Shown here one piece after another: positions 27,584 through 39,069 of a stretch of 64,000 nt of DNA. Each line of letters begins with the position of its first letter. Position 1 is the stretch's first letter. Under the pieces are notes generated by a model, which saw nothing but the letters and a program-made list of their open reading frames with translations, had not been told where the DNA came from and ran no database searches. The position numbers and the translations under genes are program-made. The DNA comes from Auanema rhodensis (lineage: Eukaryota > Animalia > Nematoda): the NCBI GenBank assembly GCA_964057225.1, contig OZ059894.1:14384001-14448000 (forward strand). The letters are read 5' to 3'.

Positions 27584-30500
27584 GTAGTTATGTATATTTC
27601 TTCTTTCTATGTATATAGTTAGTTAAAAGATATATTTATATTTATATATTATGTATATACTACGAACTAAGTATTTCTATACTTTCATTAACTTTTTGTT
27701 TTGTATTTGACGTCAGGTAAAACATGTTAAAGACCGGAATCGTAGAAGGAATATTACATGTAATAAAACAAATAACTAATATGATTTCTTCCCAAATTTT
27801 ACACGTAATTAACTTCTATTCGGAAATCTTTTATTACTTTGATAACTACATTGTTTCACAAAAATTATGGCTGGAATTTCATAAAAACAATATTCGCCTC
27901 AAACACAAGAACTAAGGGAAAAGCCAGATACTCCAACCGGAGAAACCATTCTCTGTCTGCTTTCGTATTCCTTTTTCTCTTATTTCTTATTTCGAAACGA
28001 AATAACTCTAGAGTACCGTGTAGATGACGTGCCGACGACGCATTCTATAGCCTAAGGCGTACTTCTGATGACTTGTCTTTGTAGCTAACCAGATTGGTTA
28101 TGACATGTCTATGACCCTATTGGATTTTCTAGCTAACATCTTCTGCTCTATTTTTTTGTAAAAGAAAATTGTTTTTCTATCTTGAATCTTATTTTATTTA
28201 TATATATACACCTTAAAAATTTTCAAAAAAGGTCAATAAAACATTTTTTTTTCAATTTTAGTTTGTATTTCTCAAGTATAGCTTTTTACCTTCTCTCTAC
28301 TTTCTTTATACCTTATTCTCCCTCTCTCCTTCTCTCTCTCTCTCTCTCTCTCCCATTTTCCCCCTCTTTCTATCTTTTCTTGTTTCTCTTTTCTCTCAAT
28401 CTATCAATCTAACTCTCTTTTAGTTCTTACTTATTCTTGTCAAGTTTCAGATGAATAATGGAAAATGATACTTTTTATGCGAATTTTGATTAGAAATATC
28501 ATAAAGATGATTAAAACATCGGAACATTATAGACATATAAGTTTGTTCCCGATGATCGTTGCATTGGTATATATTTCATTTTCATTCAATGATCTGTCCT
28601 CCCACGTTCATCCACCTCCTTGCTTAATTCATTACTTTCTCAACTGCTCACACTTACTTACTCCGTGAACTTTGACGTAAATCCCATTTATTTTTCAGTT
28701 TTAGGTAATGAAACAAGTATGGATCGGTTGTTTAAATTCATTTTTATAATAATTTAATTCTTTTTCTAATAAAATACAAAATATATATAATATATATAAT
28801 ATAATATATAAATTATATATATAGTTATCTTTAAATTTTATTTATTAAATACTATATTTCAAGTTTATTTTCCTCCTGTTTCTGTTCTACCTACATACAT
28901 ATATGCACATATGATTTCTCAATGTTGTTTTACTACTTAATTTTCATCTTTAAAGCAAAATTATTTCTTAAAACATTAACATATTCAACAAAATTTTCAG
29001 TCTTAATAAGCTTAAAAAGTTCGAAACCTATATACTATCTAACTTTATTATATATTCCGAATTTTCATCAGTTTTTCACAATGTGAACTCAATAAAATCA
29101 ATTTAGGAACTTATTAAGATCTGCTATTTTGATTAATTATGTCCTCGTCTCATCCTTGTTTTGCCCATCTATGGAGGCTATCTTACTTTCTCATAACCTC
29201 AACAGCTTCATTCATACATGCAAGTAATGAAAGTATTAGAATTACAGATAAAAAAACACTTTTCTCCTTTATGTCTTTGACGTCAAGAAAAATATTATTA
29301 TTTCTACTGATACTGATCCAAACTTCATAATAGCATGCTATATACGTATACTACTTGCTTCCTTCCGTCATGTACCTATCTTTCCTGTTTCAGAAAAGAT
29401 TTCCAGTTTAAATTCCAGGAAAATAAATGATCGAGAGTAGTAAAATCACAAAACAATGTTAAATAAAAAAAAACTTTGCCCAAAAATATTCATGATTACA
29501 TATTAATCCGCTTGCATATCAGATTAATTTTACGTTATCCATTATATTCTAAACCATTTCGTCTTTTTTTTTATTCGAATCCTCGTTAAAACAATCATTT
29601 TTTATGTGGCAATGGATTTAAATAAGCCGTTTAATGCTTGCAGAATTCACGAAAATAAACTGATCCCTGAAGTTCAAAATCAACTTTTTGCTCTAAACAA
29701 TGCTGAAGCGTTCAAGAAATTTTACCTTTTCAGTTGATCTATATATGTATATATTATTACGTCAAATGTGTTAAAGCTCAATTAGGACCTATAATTATAT
29801 TTTCACAACATATTCCGTTTTCTTCTATATTTCGGATACCAATTTTTATGCGTCAACTCAATTTGATTCCTAATATTTCAACCAACTCTATAATCTAGAG
29901 TAGTGAATAGCCAGCTTTCTATTTCGAATAATCTATACAATATACTTCTTAGTATAGATTTTAAAAATTTTAACCTGTTTTTGAATTGAACATCTGAAAC
30001 AAGTTCTGCTACTCGTTCAAGCTTTTAAGCTTATCATGATAGTCTTTCGTAATATATTCTCATGTTATTGGTCCTTACCACTTCATACAAACTAAAGTAT
30101 AGATAGAGATCACATATTTATAGGTTTAGGATGTTCTTTCACATATCAAGAGATCGTACAGCACACTATGCCATGCTTTCATGCGCATATGCTACTAAAA
30201 TTGATGCTTTGATCAGCTAAGACCTTCGTGTTCCAAAGATGAAAGAGTGTTTTGAATTACCTTTAATGGGTCTCATCTTTGCTTAGCCATTTATATCGCT
30301 TTATGTTCTACATCTAGCAAAAAAGCAAAAATAGAAAGAGAGAATTCGAAGGAGAGAGGGAGAGCGAGGAGGAAGCTTTCAAGGTTTACATTCATCTCCC
30401 TGCTAGCCCCATCCTATCAGCCCTTCCACCCTCACATGCTTTAGAGCATTATAACTCCAATTATATACATTAACACATAGCGTCATATCTTAATTGAGAA

Positions 30501-31049
30501 TTTCTTAGTTATAATCAATCTATGTTATCTTCTATTTCAATTTTCTGTGAATTTTTACATCATTCATTTCTTGTTTCCATGGATTTTTCATCAGTCAGCC
30601 GAAATATGCGTTTAAGTGTTTGTTTCTTCGATTATTGCTTTGTACATTTCAATATATATGACATTATATCAGAAATTAATTGTTTTATATTCAAGCTGAA
30701 AAACTATGTTGTTCAGCCACAGTATATCACATCACTTTATATTTTCAGCCCTCCTCCTTTTGTCTTATCACCGGAATATTTTTCTTCTAAGAGCAACACT
30801 GTGAATATGTTAACTATTCATAAATCTTGCTCTATTAACTATATGTATATGATTAAGTACATGTTACGTGCCAAAGTTTTCACATAAATCCATGTTATTT
30901 CATTATATACCTCCAACATTAACTTCAATTCCGCCTCATCCTATTCAAGATGTTTGTTTCCTTACTATGCCTTTGTTCTCTCAAATTTTCTTACATATTA
31001 CTATACATTCCGTCATTTTCTATATTTTCATCTTGTTAAGGTATTTCCT

Positions 31050-32422
31050 ATGAGGCCGTGGAGCCATTATCTTCTAGCAGTTTTGCTGGCTGCAACTTTG
31101 CCGCATATTTACGCTTTCAGCATTCGAGAACTTATCAAGGGGGGAGGCAAACGAGGAGATAGTTCCAGTAGGTTTTTTCAAGTGTTTTTTTATCTAAAAT
31201 TCGTATTGAAACAAGAAGATTTGTTGTTGTAAAATTATGCTTTCGAAAACAATTTGATGTTTTAGCTCCTTGCCCTACTTGGCACCCATTTGAATGTCCT
31301 TCTGGAGAATGTGTTCCAATTAAATATCTCTGTGATGGATCCCCCGATTGCTCAGATGAGTACGATGAGAATAAGAGCATGTGTACTGCTGGTAAGAAGT
31401 TTTTCTGTTTAGTGCTCTCTATTAATTACTCGTTTTCTTGTTTCAAAATATATTTTTCTTATTTTCAGCCAATCGCCCACCAGTCGAAGAGACAGCAGCT
31501 TTCCTCAAAGCTTTGATGGCTGCACACGGCAAAGACTTCCTTGTTAAGGTATGTTAGATATTGCCTATATTTCGTATTTCCACTTAAAACTTTATATAAT
31601 TTGTGAATATTTGTAGGTGTTTGGCCCTAAGGCTAGAGGAGAGCTTGTTGGTCTAGGCGGAGTGGATAAAGTTGCTGTAGCTTTATCGCGTAAGTGATGT
31701 TTTTACTTGCGCAAATATTTGTTAACAAGAACAATCTCATGCTACTTATTCAAAAGAAATATTTAATTTTATTTCTTATTATTAGCCAAAAAGTTAGAAT
31801 CTGAACCGTATAACGGGTACTTCTGATCTTCAATATATGTATCAGAATATTCTTTGGTACATTATCTATTCAAGTCATTTACATAAAGAAGTAGTTGTTT
31901 GTTGAGTAATACTAAAATTTAATCAGAAATCTAAGAAATTAAGAATGATGAAAAGCATGAGATTGAAAAAAAATCTTTTAAAATTCTGGCTTTATGCTGC
32001 TGCTCTATGCTCTGCTGCAAAAGGTCATAGAAGAACATCATATGACAATTTTTATGCTTTACATTCATTCACAAAAGCATTGTGATATAATGAATAAGCT
32101 TGATAAAATCTTTGATGATTTCAGAGTCTCCTACAGCTGACATTTTCGGACAAGAAATGGGATTTACGGAAGACGAAACCAATCACATGTTGATGGTTCT
32201 CGAAGGTATCTTAAACGGATCAACAGAAGAGCTCACCAGCAATGAAGCAGCTGATTTTAAGTTCTTTGTTCAAAAGCTTCAGGTTAGTACCTAATCCCTT
32301 GCAAATATTTAGCAGTTCATGAAGAGAATTGCTCTTTATGAAAAGAAAAACACATATCTCTCATAGTTCTGTTTATGCGGAAAAAAAACGTTTTGTCATT
32401 ACAGGAAACAGGCTTTTTCTAA
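31050..32422 (+). CDS. Secreted LDLa-domain protein, prohormone-4 / IDLSRF-precursor-like (6 exons)
   Basis: Signal peptide MRPWSHYLLAVLLAATLPHIYA, then a GKR site. LDLa module CPTWHPFECPSGECVPIKYLCDGSPDCSDEYDE, followed by CTAANRPPVEETAAFLKALMAAHG...GGVDKVAVALS...FKFFVQKLQETGFF*, which matches the arthropod prohormone-4 C-terminal pattern (RPPVEET..FL, GGV.KVA.ALS, KFF..KL..TGF). Confidence 0.92.
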
Positions 32423-33102
32423 ATAAACTGAAGACAACACACAAGAGACTGCAGCTGCTTCTGATTCATTCACGTTTATTCGCCAAAAAAAAACAATATC
32501 GGATTGTCCCTCTTCTAAAAGACGTTATTGTTATCCGTACCGCCACCTGCTACAGTTCTTCCTGTACTATCTGCTTCCATACTTTCATAACATTGATCTC
32601 TGCTATCCATCTGAAGAATCTCATTTTTTCTTCACCTTCTCTTCTCGGCCCAACATCTTCCATCCTACCGATCCGTAATTTTTCCATCACATCTTCAGCG
32701 TCACACTCTTTGTCGTTGTGGATAATGTGTGTCTACGAGTTATCGTACTAATAAACCTTCTGTTAATTAGATATAGCCTATTATTTTGTTTAATACAATA
32801 AAAATAAAAATACTAATATAATTAACTAATAATAGAAATTATTTAACATATAATTTAAATTTATTTTCTACCATAAATACAATACTTACATCGTAATCAT
32901 AACAACAATAAACGAATATTATATCAAAAACTATATAAAGTATTACAAATGAGATTTCTTACTCAACAATATTAGTATTATAATGAACATTCAAAAACTG
33001 CGTTGTCGTAATCGTATTAGGAACGTTCACAATATTGCAAAACAACTTCGTTTGTAATTTATTTGAGCTGTCTTATTAACTAGTAACGTCTATCTATTCG
33101 TC

Positions 33103-33174
33103 GGGGGTATAGCTCAGGGGTAGAGCGCTCGCTTTGCATGCGAGAAGTCTGGGGTTCGATTCCCCATACCTCCA
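33103..33174 (+). tRNA. tRNA-Ala (TGC)
   Basis: GGGGGTATAGCTCAGGGGTAGAGCGCTCGCTTTGCATGCGAGAAGTCTGGGGTTCGATTCCCCATACCTCCA forms a cloverleaf with A/B boxes and anticodon TGC. T-runs follow at 33181. Confidence 0.98.
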
Positions 33175-34552
33175 GATATCTTTTGCTTTTGCTAAAAAAT
33201 AATATTTTGGCGGAGAAATGTGATGTTACCTCTAGTTTATTGTATTAGATGACACATGATTCTTTAATTATATTATTTCTTAAAGCTCCTACGGTTTTTA
33301 AATTGTTGATTTCAGCTGACATTGCAACAAATGTTTCTATTTTAAAACTTCAGAACAAATGATCCTTTTTTTCTCTACTTCCTGAAGCAGTTTTTTTTAA
33401 ATTTTAAGAAGAGCAAATCGATTATCTGAACAATGGCGGATGCACAATGGCTGTTGCCTGAGTCCAACAAATCATTGACGCATTAATCAATTGATGCGAT
33501 TTTGAACTATTCCAAAGCAAAGCTGTCGATTATTTAAATCCTTATACCCTGAAATTTGGTTCGAATAATAGTTCTATATTTGTATACTAATACTAAAATA
33601 TTTAAAAATAAAATTGTTGATTCATTGCTGAATAGATATAGACAACACTATTTTGCAGTAATGTCTAATTTTTTAAATAACTCATGATCAGGTGAGACCC
33701 TTATTGTAATATTTGTAACAGCAGACCACTAGAAATATGATCCCTGTCTTATTCGGTTTTGTTTTCACTAATTACGCATTCTTTATTGAAATTCATAATC
33801 TAAAATTGCAATCCAAAGTTTATATAAAATTTTATGTTATTTCAAGCATTATTGTCATTAAAAAAGTTCATTTTTATCTTCTTTCTGGCTTGTCACACGA
33901 TATTTTTTTGAAAGTGCAGCATTACCCTCTAGTCGCAACTTAATGTTTGCTTGCCTACGTTGTCGTCATCGAAACAGTTTTTCGTCCCTTTGTTCCAATT
34001 TTGGAAGAACAAAAAGCCCCCATATCTATCAGTCAAATTCTATAATATCATTTTCATTCTCTCGCGATCTCTCTCATATGCTATGCCAAATAAGATGATA
34101 CAAAGTTTTTTTGGTTGCAAATACGAAAAAGGTTTAAAATTTTCATTGTCAGGCAATTGCTTTCCAGTTCCTTAGTATGAGAGCTTCTTTGCAACCGTGA
34201 CTCGAGTTTTCAAATAATCCCTTAAGGTCAACTTCTGTTTCAAAACTGATTGTACAGTCGCTTCGTACAGTTTCCGCTCAAGTATTTGACGAAAAGAGAG
34301 CGAGAGAAGCCAGAGGAAATAGGAATAGATACAGAGAGGGAAGAAGATAGAGAGAGAGCAATAGCACGTGCTATCATAGAGCTGACCCATTCCTCTTATT
34401 TCTTTTCTAACCTTTCTACTCGAAGAAGATACCTACTAACATTTCGCTATTCCTATAATTAACCTTTCTATATTTGGAATACTCTACTTGTTATATACAT
34501 TAAACATCCCTACTATTTGATGGGAATGCTAAGAAGACGTCCATTTAGAACT

Positions 34553-35617
34553 ATGTCACGAGTTGGTATAATCTACAATCTAAATGAAATCGGCACTGCT
34601 CGAATAATAGTCCATGAAGATCATTGTGCAATTGAGGTGAACTTATGCTACAAAAATCTACTTCAACCTTTTTTAAGTACTGTAAAGATATTTTTTCATA
34701 ATTTACATTACTTTGCATTTGTACTGTTCATATGTAATCCGGTGCTTGTTTCGATGCAATGCTTCTTATCTGAAACAGTTTTCTTATCAGAAAAATGAAT
34801 AAGCTCAACTATCTAAATATTATGCTGTTGATTTATTTACGGCTTTTTGCAAATCTGACATTATTACTTACAACCATTTCATATGTTTCGATCTTTTTTT
34901 GCATGTTCTCTATTTTCAGGGAGTAGTAGAGACAAATGGGGGTGAAACCATAGCTTTGAAGGGAAGACAGAAGGTCAGCACTCCTAGTACTTCAAATAGT
35001 TCGGTATGTATGGATATTATGATAGGTACTTTCCGTTAAACTTCACAGCAGCTCTTATTCCTTAATCTTAAGTTGATGGTGAGGCCGGATCCTTGTTTGA
35101 GGTACATGACGTACAAGTAGCTTTCGAAGGAAATACTATTTCAATTGATAATCCAGCCATCAAATTCTCAACAAAGGATCGTTTAATTGGAATAAAGTAT
35201 GGTTTTTTATTTCTTATATTTTGTCATATGCTATCCTACAAAAGTTTGACGACGTATGATGTGATCTGAATCACGCGCTTTCAATTGACATTAGTCACGT
35301 GCTCGTTTATTGTTGTTTCGTCATTTAATGAAATCGGTTGCATTCAAAACATGCTCGACAAGCGATGATATATTCATTTTTTCCAGAGCAGAAGTGGAAA
35401 TACAACAATATCTGAGGCCAACCCTAGTTAAAGAAATAAGAGAAGTATTTGTAGGACCTATGAGGGTATGATTGCCAAATTAGAGCTAAAAACAAGATTC
35501 CACTTTTAGATACAACTCGTAGCCAACCATACCCCACAACTATCCGTCCGGAGAGAATCTGTATGCGAGAAAAGTGATATTCCTATTCTAGAACAGTCTG
35601 ATGACTTTCTAGCCTAG
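34553..35617 (+). CDS. Uncharacterised ~170-aa protein, possibly a degenerate Cu/Zn-SOD-like beta-barrel (5 exons)
   Basis: ATTTAG acceptor (ends 34548) before the ATG. GT-AG introns join MSRVGIIYNLNEIGTARIIVHEDHCAIE|GVVETNGGETIALKG...CMDIMI|VDGEAGSLFEVHDVQVAFEGNTISIDNPAIKFSTKDRLIGIK|AEVEIQQYLRPTLVKEIREVFVGPMR|IQLVANH...DDFLA*. The gene model is well supported; the fold call is an inference. Confidence 0.78.
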
Positions 35618-35757
35618 TAAGACAATTATGGAATATATACAATTATATATATATATATAAATTTTTATATCAAGTTTATAGATCAGGCAGCAAAAAATAG
35701 TGTAACACAATAACCCACAATCAAAATAGAAATGAATACAAAATAGAAATCTAAAAG

Positions 35758-36107
35758 TCAGTTCTCACGTGGTTGCAAAATATTCAAACTATTGGCTGAT
35801 GCAACATCTTTCACATCAATATTTGTGGATTCTACGTGCCTCTTAGCTCTTTGATCCTGAAGTTCAAAAAAAAAACAAATGAGAAAAATCGTAAGGTGTA
35901 GTAGTCATAACCCACTTGTATAGATGAACCAAGATATTCAATTGGTGGCCTTTGCGGCACAAACTTTCGTTCTACATAAAACCCGACAGCTCCAATAACC
36001 CCAGCAATTGGTAAGACTAAATATCTAGAGAACCTAGTACCTAAAGTAGAAGAGGGTTAAACTTTAAAACATTAAATTCCACCAAGAGCATATAGAATCG
36101 GCCACAT
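35758..36107 (-). CDS. SMIM12: Small integral membrane protein 12 homolog (3 exons)
   Basis: MWPILYAL|GTRFSRYLVLPIAGVIGAVGFYVERKFVPQRPPIEYLGSSIQ|DQRAKRH...QPREN* matches the SMIM12 pattern MWP....Y...P.A.V.GAVG...E. It is absent from the ORF track. Confidence 0.88.
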
Positions 36108-36137
36108 ATATTTAAGTTCAACCCGAACACCCGTTAC

Positions 36138-36378
36138 CTGAAAACAAAAGAAGGAAAGAACATAATATAAGCATAATAAAATAGCTATTGGCGCAGAGTA
36201 TACGGGATAAACTTGCTCTATTACGAAATGCACTAAGAATACGCCAGCGAACTACCCCCGTTTGTTGACTCGCTTGTAGTGTGTAACTTGGCTAACCATA
36301 TTTATCGTTTAACCTTTATGTAATCATTATAATTCAACATTATTAATTCGATTTATTTGATTGATATAGCTTTTACAG
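36138..36378. promoter_or_regulatory. Probable bidirectional promoter between SMIM12 and snx-6
   Basis: About 240 bp lie between two divergent upstream acceptors (TTTTCAG on -, TTTACAG on + directly before ATG 36379), with a GC-richer core. Confidence 0.65.
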
Positions 36379-39069
36379 ATGAGTGTTGGCGGAGATATTT
36401 TTAAAAATCCATTGGAGCAGCATGATGATGATAATGTAATCAAAAAAGTTCCGCCTGCAACCATTGATATTGATATTAATGCTCCTTCTTACCCTTCATC
36501 TTCTGATACTCCCGTCAATGATCATAGAACTGTGAGTGTTTCTTCAACTTTTTACATCAAAATACTATTTGACGAAGATTTGAATCATATTTTCTTATTG
36601 ATACCTTACTTCAGCATCGAACAGAAGAAATAAATGTGGATTTGGATTCCGACAATGCAATTCTGGTTGACATTTCGGATGCATTATCCGAAAGAGATAA
36701 AGTAAGTATTTATTTAGTTTGTTTCTTCTTATAAACGTTTTTAAAGGTTAAATATACCGTTCATACAAAAACAACTTTAACGGATATGAAAGTTGAGTCA
36801 TCAGTTGTGAGAGAGCATGAAGAATTTATTTGGTTGCACTCGGTATTGGATGAGAATGAGAAATATGCAGGTTTTATTGTAAGTTGTTATCAATGCATTC
36901 CATTATTGTGTATTATTACTAAGATTCCTCCTGCCCCACCTAAGCCAGACTTTGAAGCTTCACGAGAAAAGTTGCAAAAGCTGGGGGAAGGTGAAGCTAC
37001 CATGACCAAAGAAGAGTTTCTCAAGATGAAACAGGAATTAGAACAGTGAGGATGGCAATTATATATATATATATATATTTATTTATTTTTTTTGTAGAGA
37101 TTATTTGGCGCAATTCAAAAAAACAGTTGCTATGCATGAAGTGTTCCTGCAACGTATAGCCGCTCATCCAGTCTTTCGACATGATACGAACTTTAGAATT
37201 TTTTTACAGTACGAAGATGACGTATGAGCTTCATCTAATAATTTTCCTAGAAATTCACATTTATAGCTTTCTGTTCGTGGAAAAAACAAGAAAGAAATGG
37301 TAGAATCTATTTGGAAACGATTTACTCAGTCTGCAGATGAAGTTCTCCTTTCTGGACAGGTTATTTTTTTTTGTTTTCTCGTTCGATTAACCGTTATTTT
37401 TAGAAAGACGTGGATGATTTCTTTGAGAACGAAAGATGCTATTTGATGGAGTATAATACACATATCAAGGAAGCCGCTGTGAAAGCTGAGAAAATGGTCA
37501 GGCTTCGTAAAAGTATGTCTTATCTTTTCTAATTTTTGCTGTCTACTGAACTTTCTTTAATAAGCGGATTTCTCTTCTCAAGAAACGAATTGTCTACTGT
37601 TTTTTACTAGTAACCGGTTTTATTCTTGTCTATGATCATTGAATTTTCTCTGTCCGCCTACTTTGAAGTTGACTCTTTTCTTAATAATGATAGCAACATG
37701 CCGTTTTCAAAATTTCTCATTTATTTTCCGAACGTTACACCTTTACTCATCAATATACGTTTAGAAATTCTTCATATAAGAATGCATTCCGTATTTCAAA
37801 ATTATTATTGTTTGCCCATTCCTTTCCCCTCGTATGCTTGCAAGTTTGTTGACTTTTCACTCTTAACACTGACATTGAAGCTCTTCACGAAAGCAAGTGA
37901 CCTTCTGGTTTTATGCATGATTATTTTTCCTCTTTTCTTATTCGAACTTTTTTTAGATGTTGCTGATTCCTATTCCAAAATTGGCGATAATCTTGAAAGG
38001 ATAGCTCGTGGAGAGCCGGACAAACTACTTGCCCGCACTTTAGCTAGAAGTTCCGACTCTATGGCGAAGCTTAAAAAAGTGTGTTTTTTTATTTCAATTT
38101 TCTCGAGTAGCCCTCTTTCCTTTTTTCAGGTTGAAGCTCGTTCAGCAAATGACGAAGAGTTGAAGCTAACTGACACTTTAACTTATTTCACAAGAGACAC
38201 TCAAGCAGCCAAGGTAAAATTTTCGCTCTGTTTAACTATGCTTATCAGTTGTTATTCTATATCTCAATGTTAATATTTCAAAATTGTCTAAAAAAAATTT
38301 ATTTACTAATAAGTTCGGATTCTGAGGTTTTTTTTACATGATTTTCACGTGTATTCGTTTTTGTTAATACGAATGTCTGTGCCCTCTTGATAAGAGAAAA
38401 ACTTCTGACGCATGCGGCGCCACTTAGCCGCTATCTGTTGTTAAGTGACATTGATCTTTAGACCGAGATTCATCTATACTAATTACTAAAATCTCATATT
38501 AGCTTAACTTTTTGACCTTATAATTCGTGTGTGCTTCAGGATCTTTTATACCGACGCATGAGATGTCTAGCAAACTATGAAGCTGCTAATAAAAATTTAG
38601 AGAGAGCTCGAGGGAAGAACAAAGATATCCCTAAGGTAGTACACTTTATGTTCCTTTTGTTCAAGAATATTACGTTGTAGGCGGAGACTGAGCAGGTGGA
38701 AGCATGTAAAAAGTTTGAGGATATCAGCACATTGGCGAAGACAGAATTGAAAGATTTGAAGAAAAGGAGAGTTACTGCATTTAAGAAAAATCTGCAAGAT
38801 CTTGCTGATTTAGAAATTCGTCATGCTAGGGTATGTTCTTATGCGTTTCAAAGTTTTTATTGAACTTAAAAAGCCCTACATTTGATCACTTTTGTTATAC
38901 TTAAACACAACCGCTTGGTCCTTTTTATGTTGCGAAATGGCAATAGCTAGTATAACGTTCAGGACAAAATGTTAAAATGAATTTTCAACATTGTCTTCAA
39001 AACACATCATTATTTCAGGCACAATTGCAAGTATTGGAGGAATCACTTGCTAAACTCAAAGAGCTGTAG
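36379..39069 (+). CDS. snx-6: Sorting nexin 5/6 (PX-BAR), 12 exons
   Basis: Motifs [77 protein letters not shown] and [24 protein letters not shown]. Ends AKLKEL*. Confidence 0.96.

Noticed and set aside
29386-34243. CTGTTTCA piRNA (Ruby) motif occurrences
   Set aside because: Only two scattered copies, one doubling as a splice-acceptor-like site; no cluster.
37626-38273. 215-aa ORF, the longest in the track
   Set aside because: It is intronic sequence that happens to be in frame with two real snx-6 exons.
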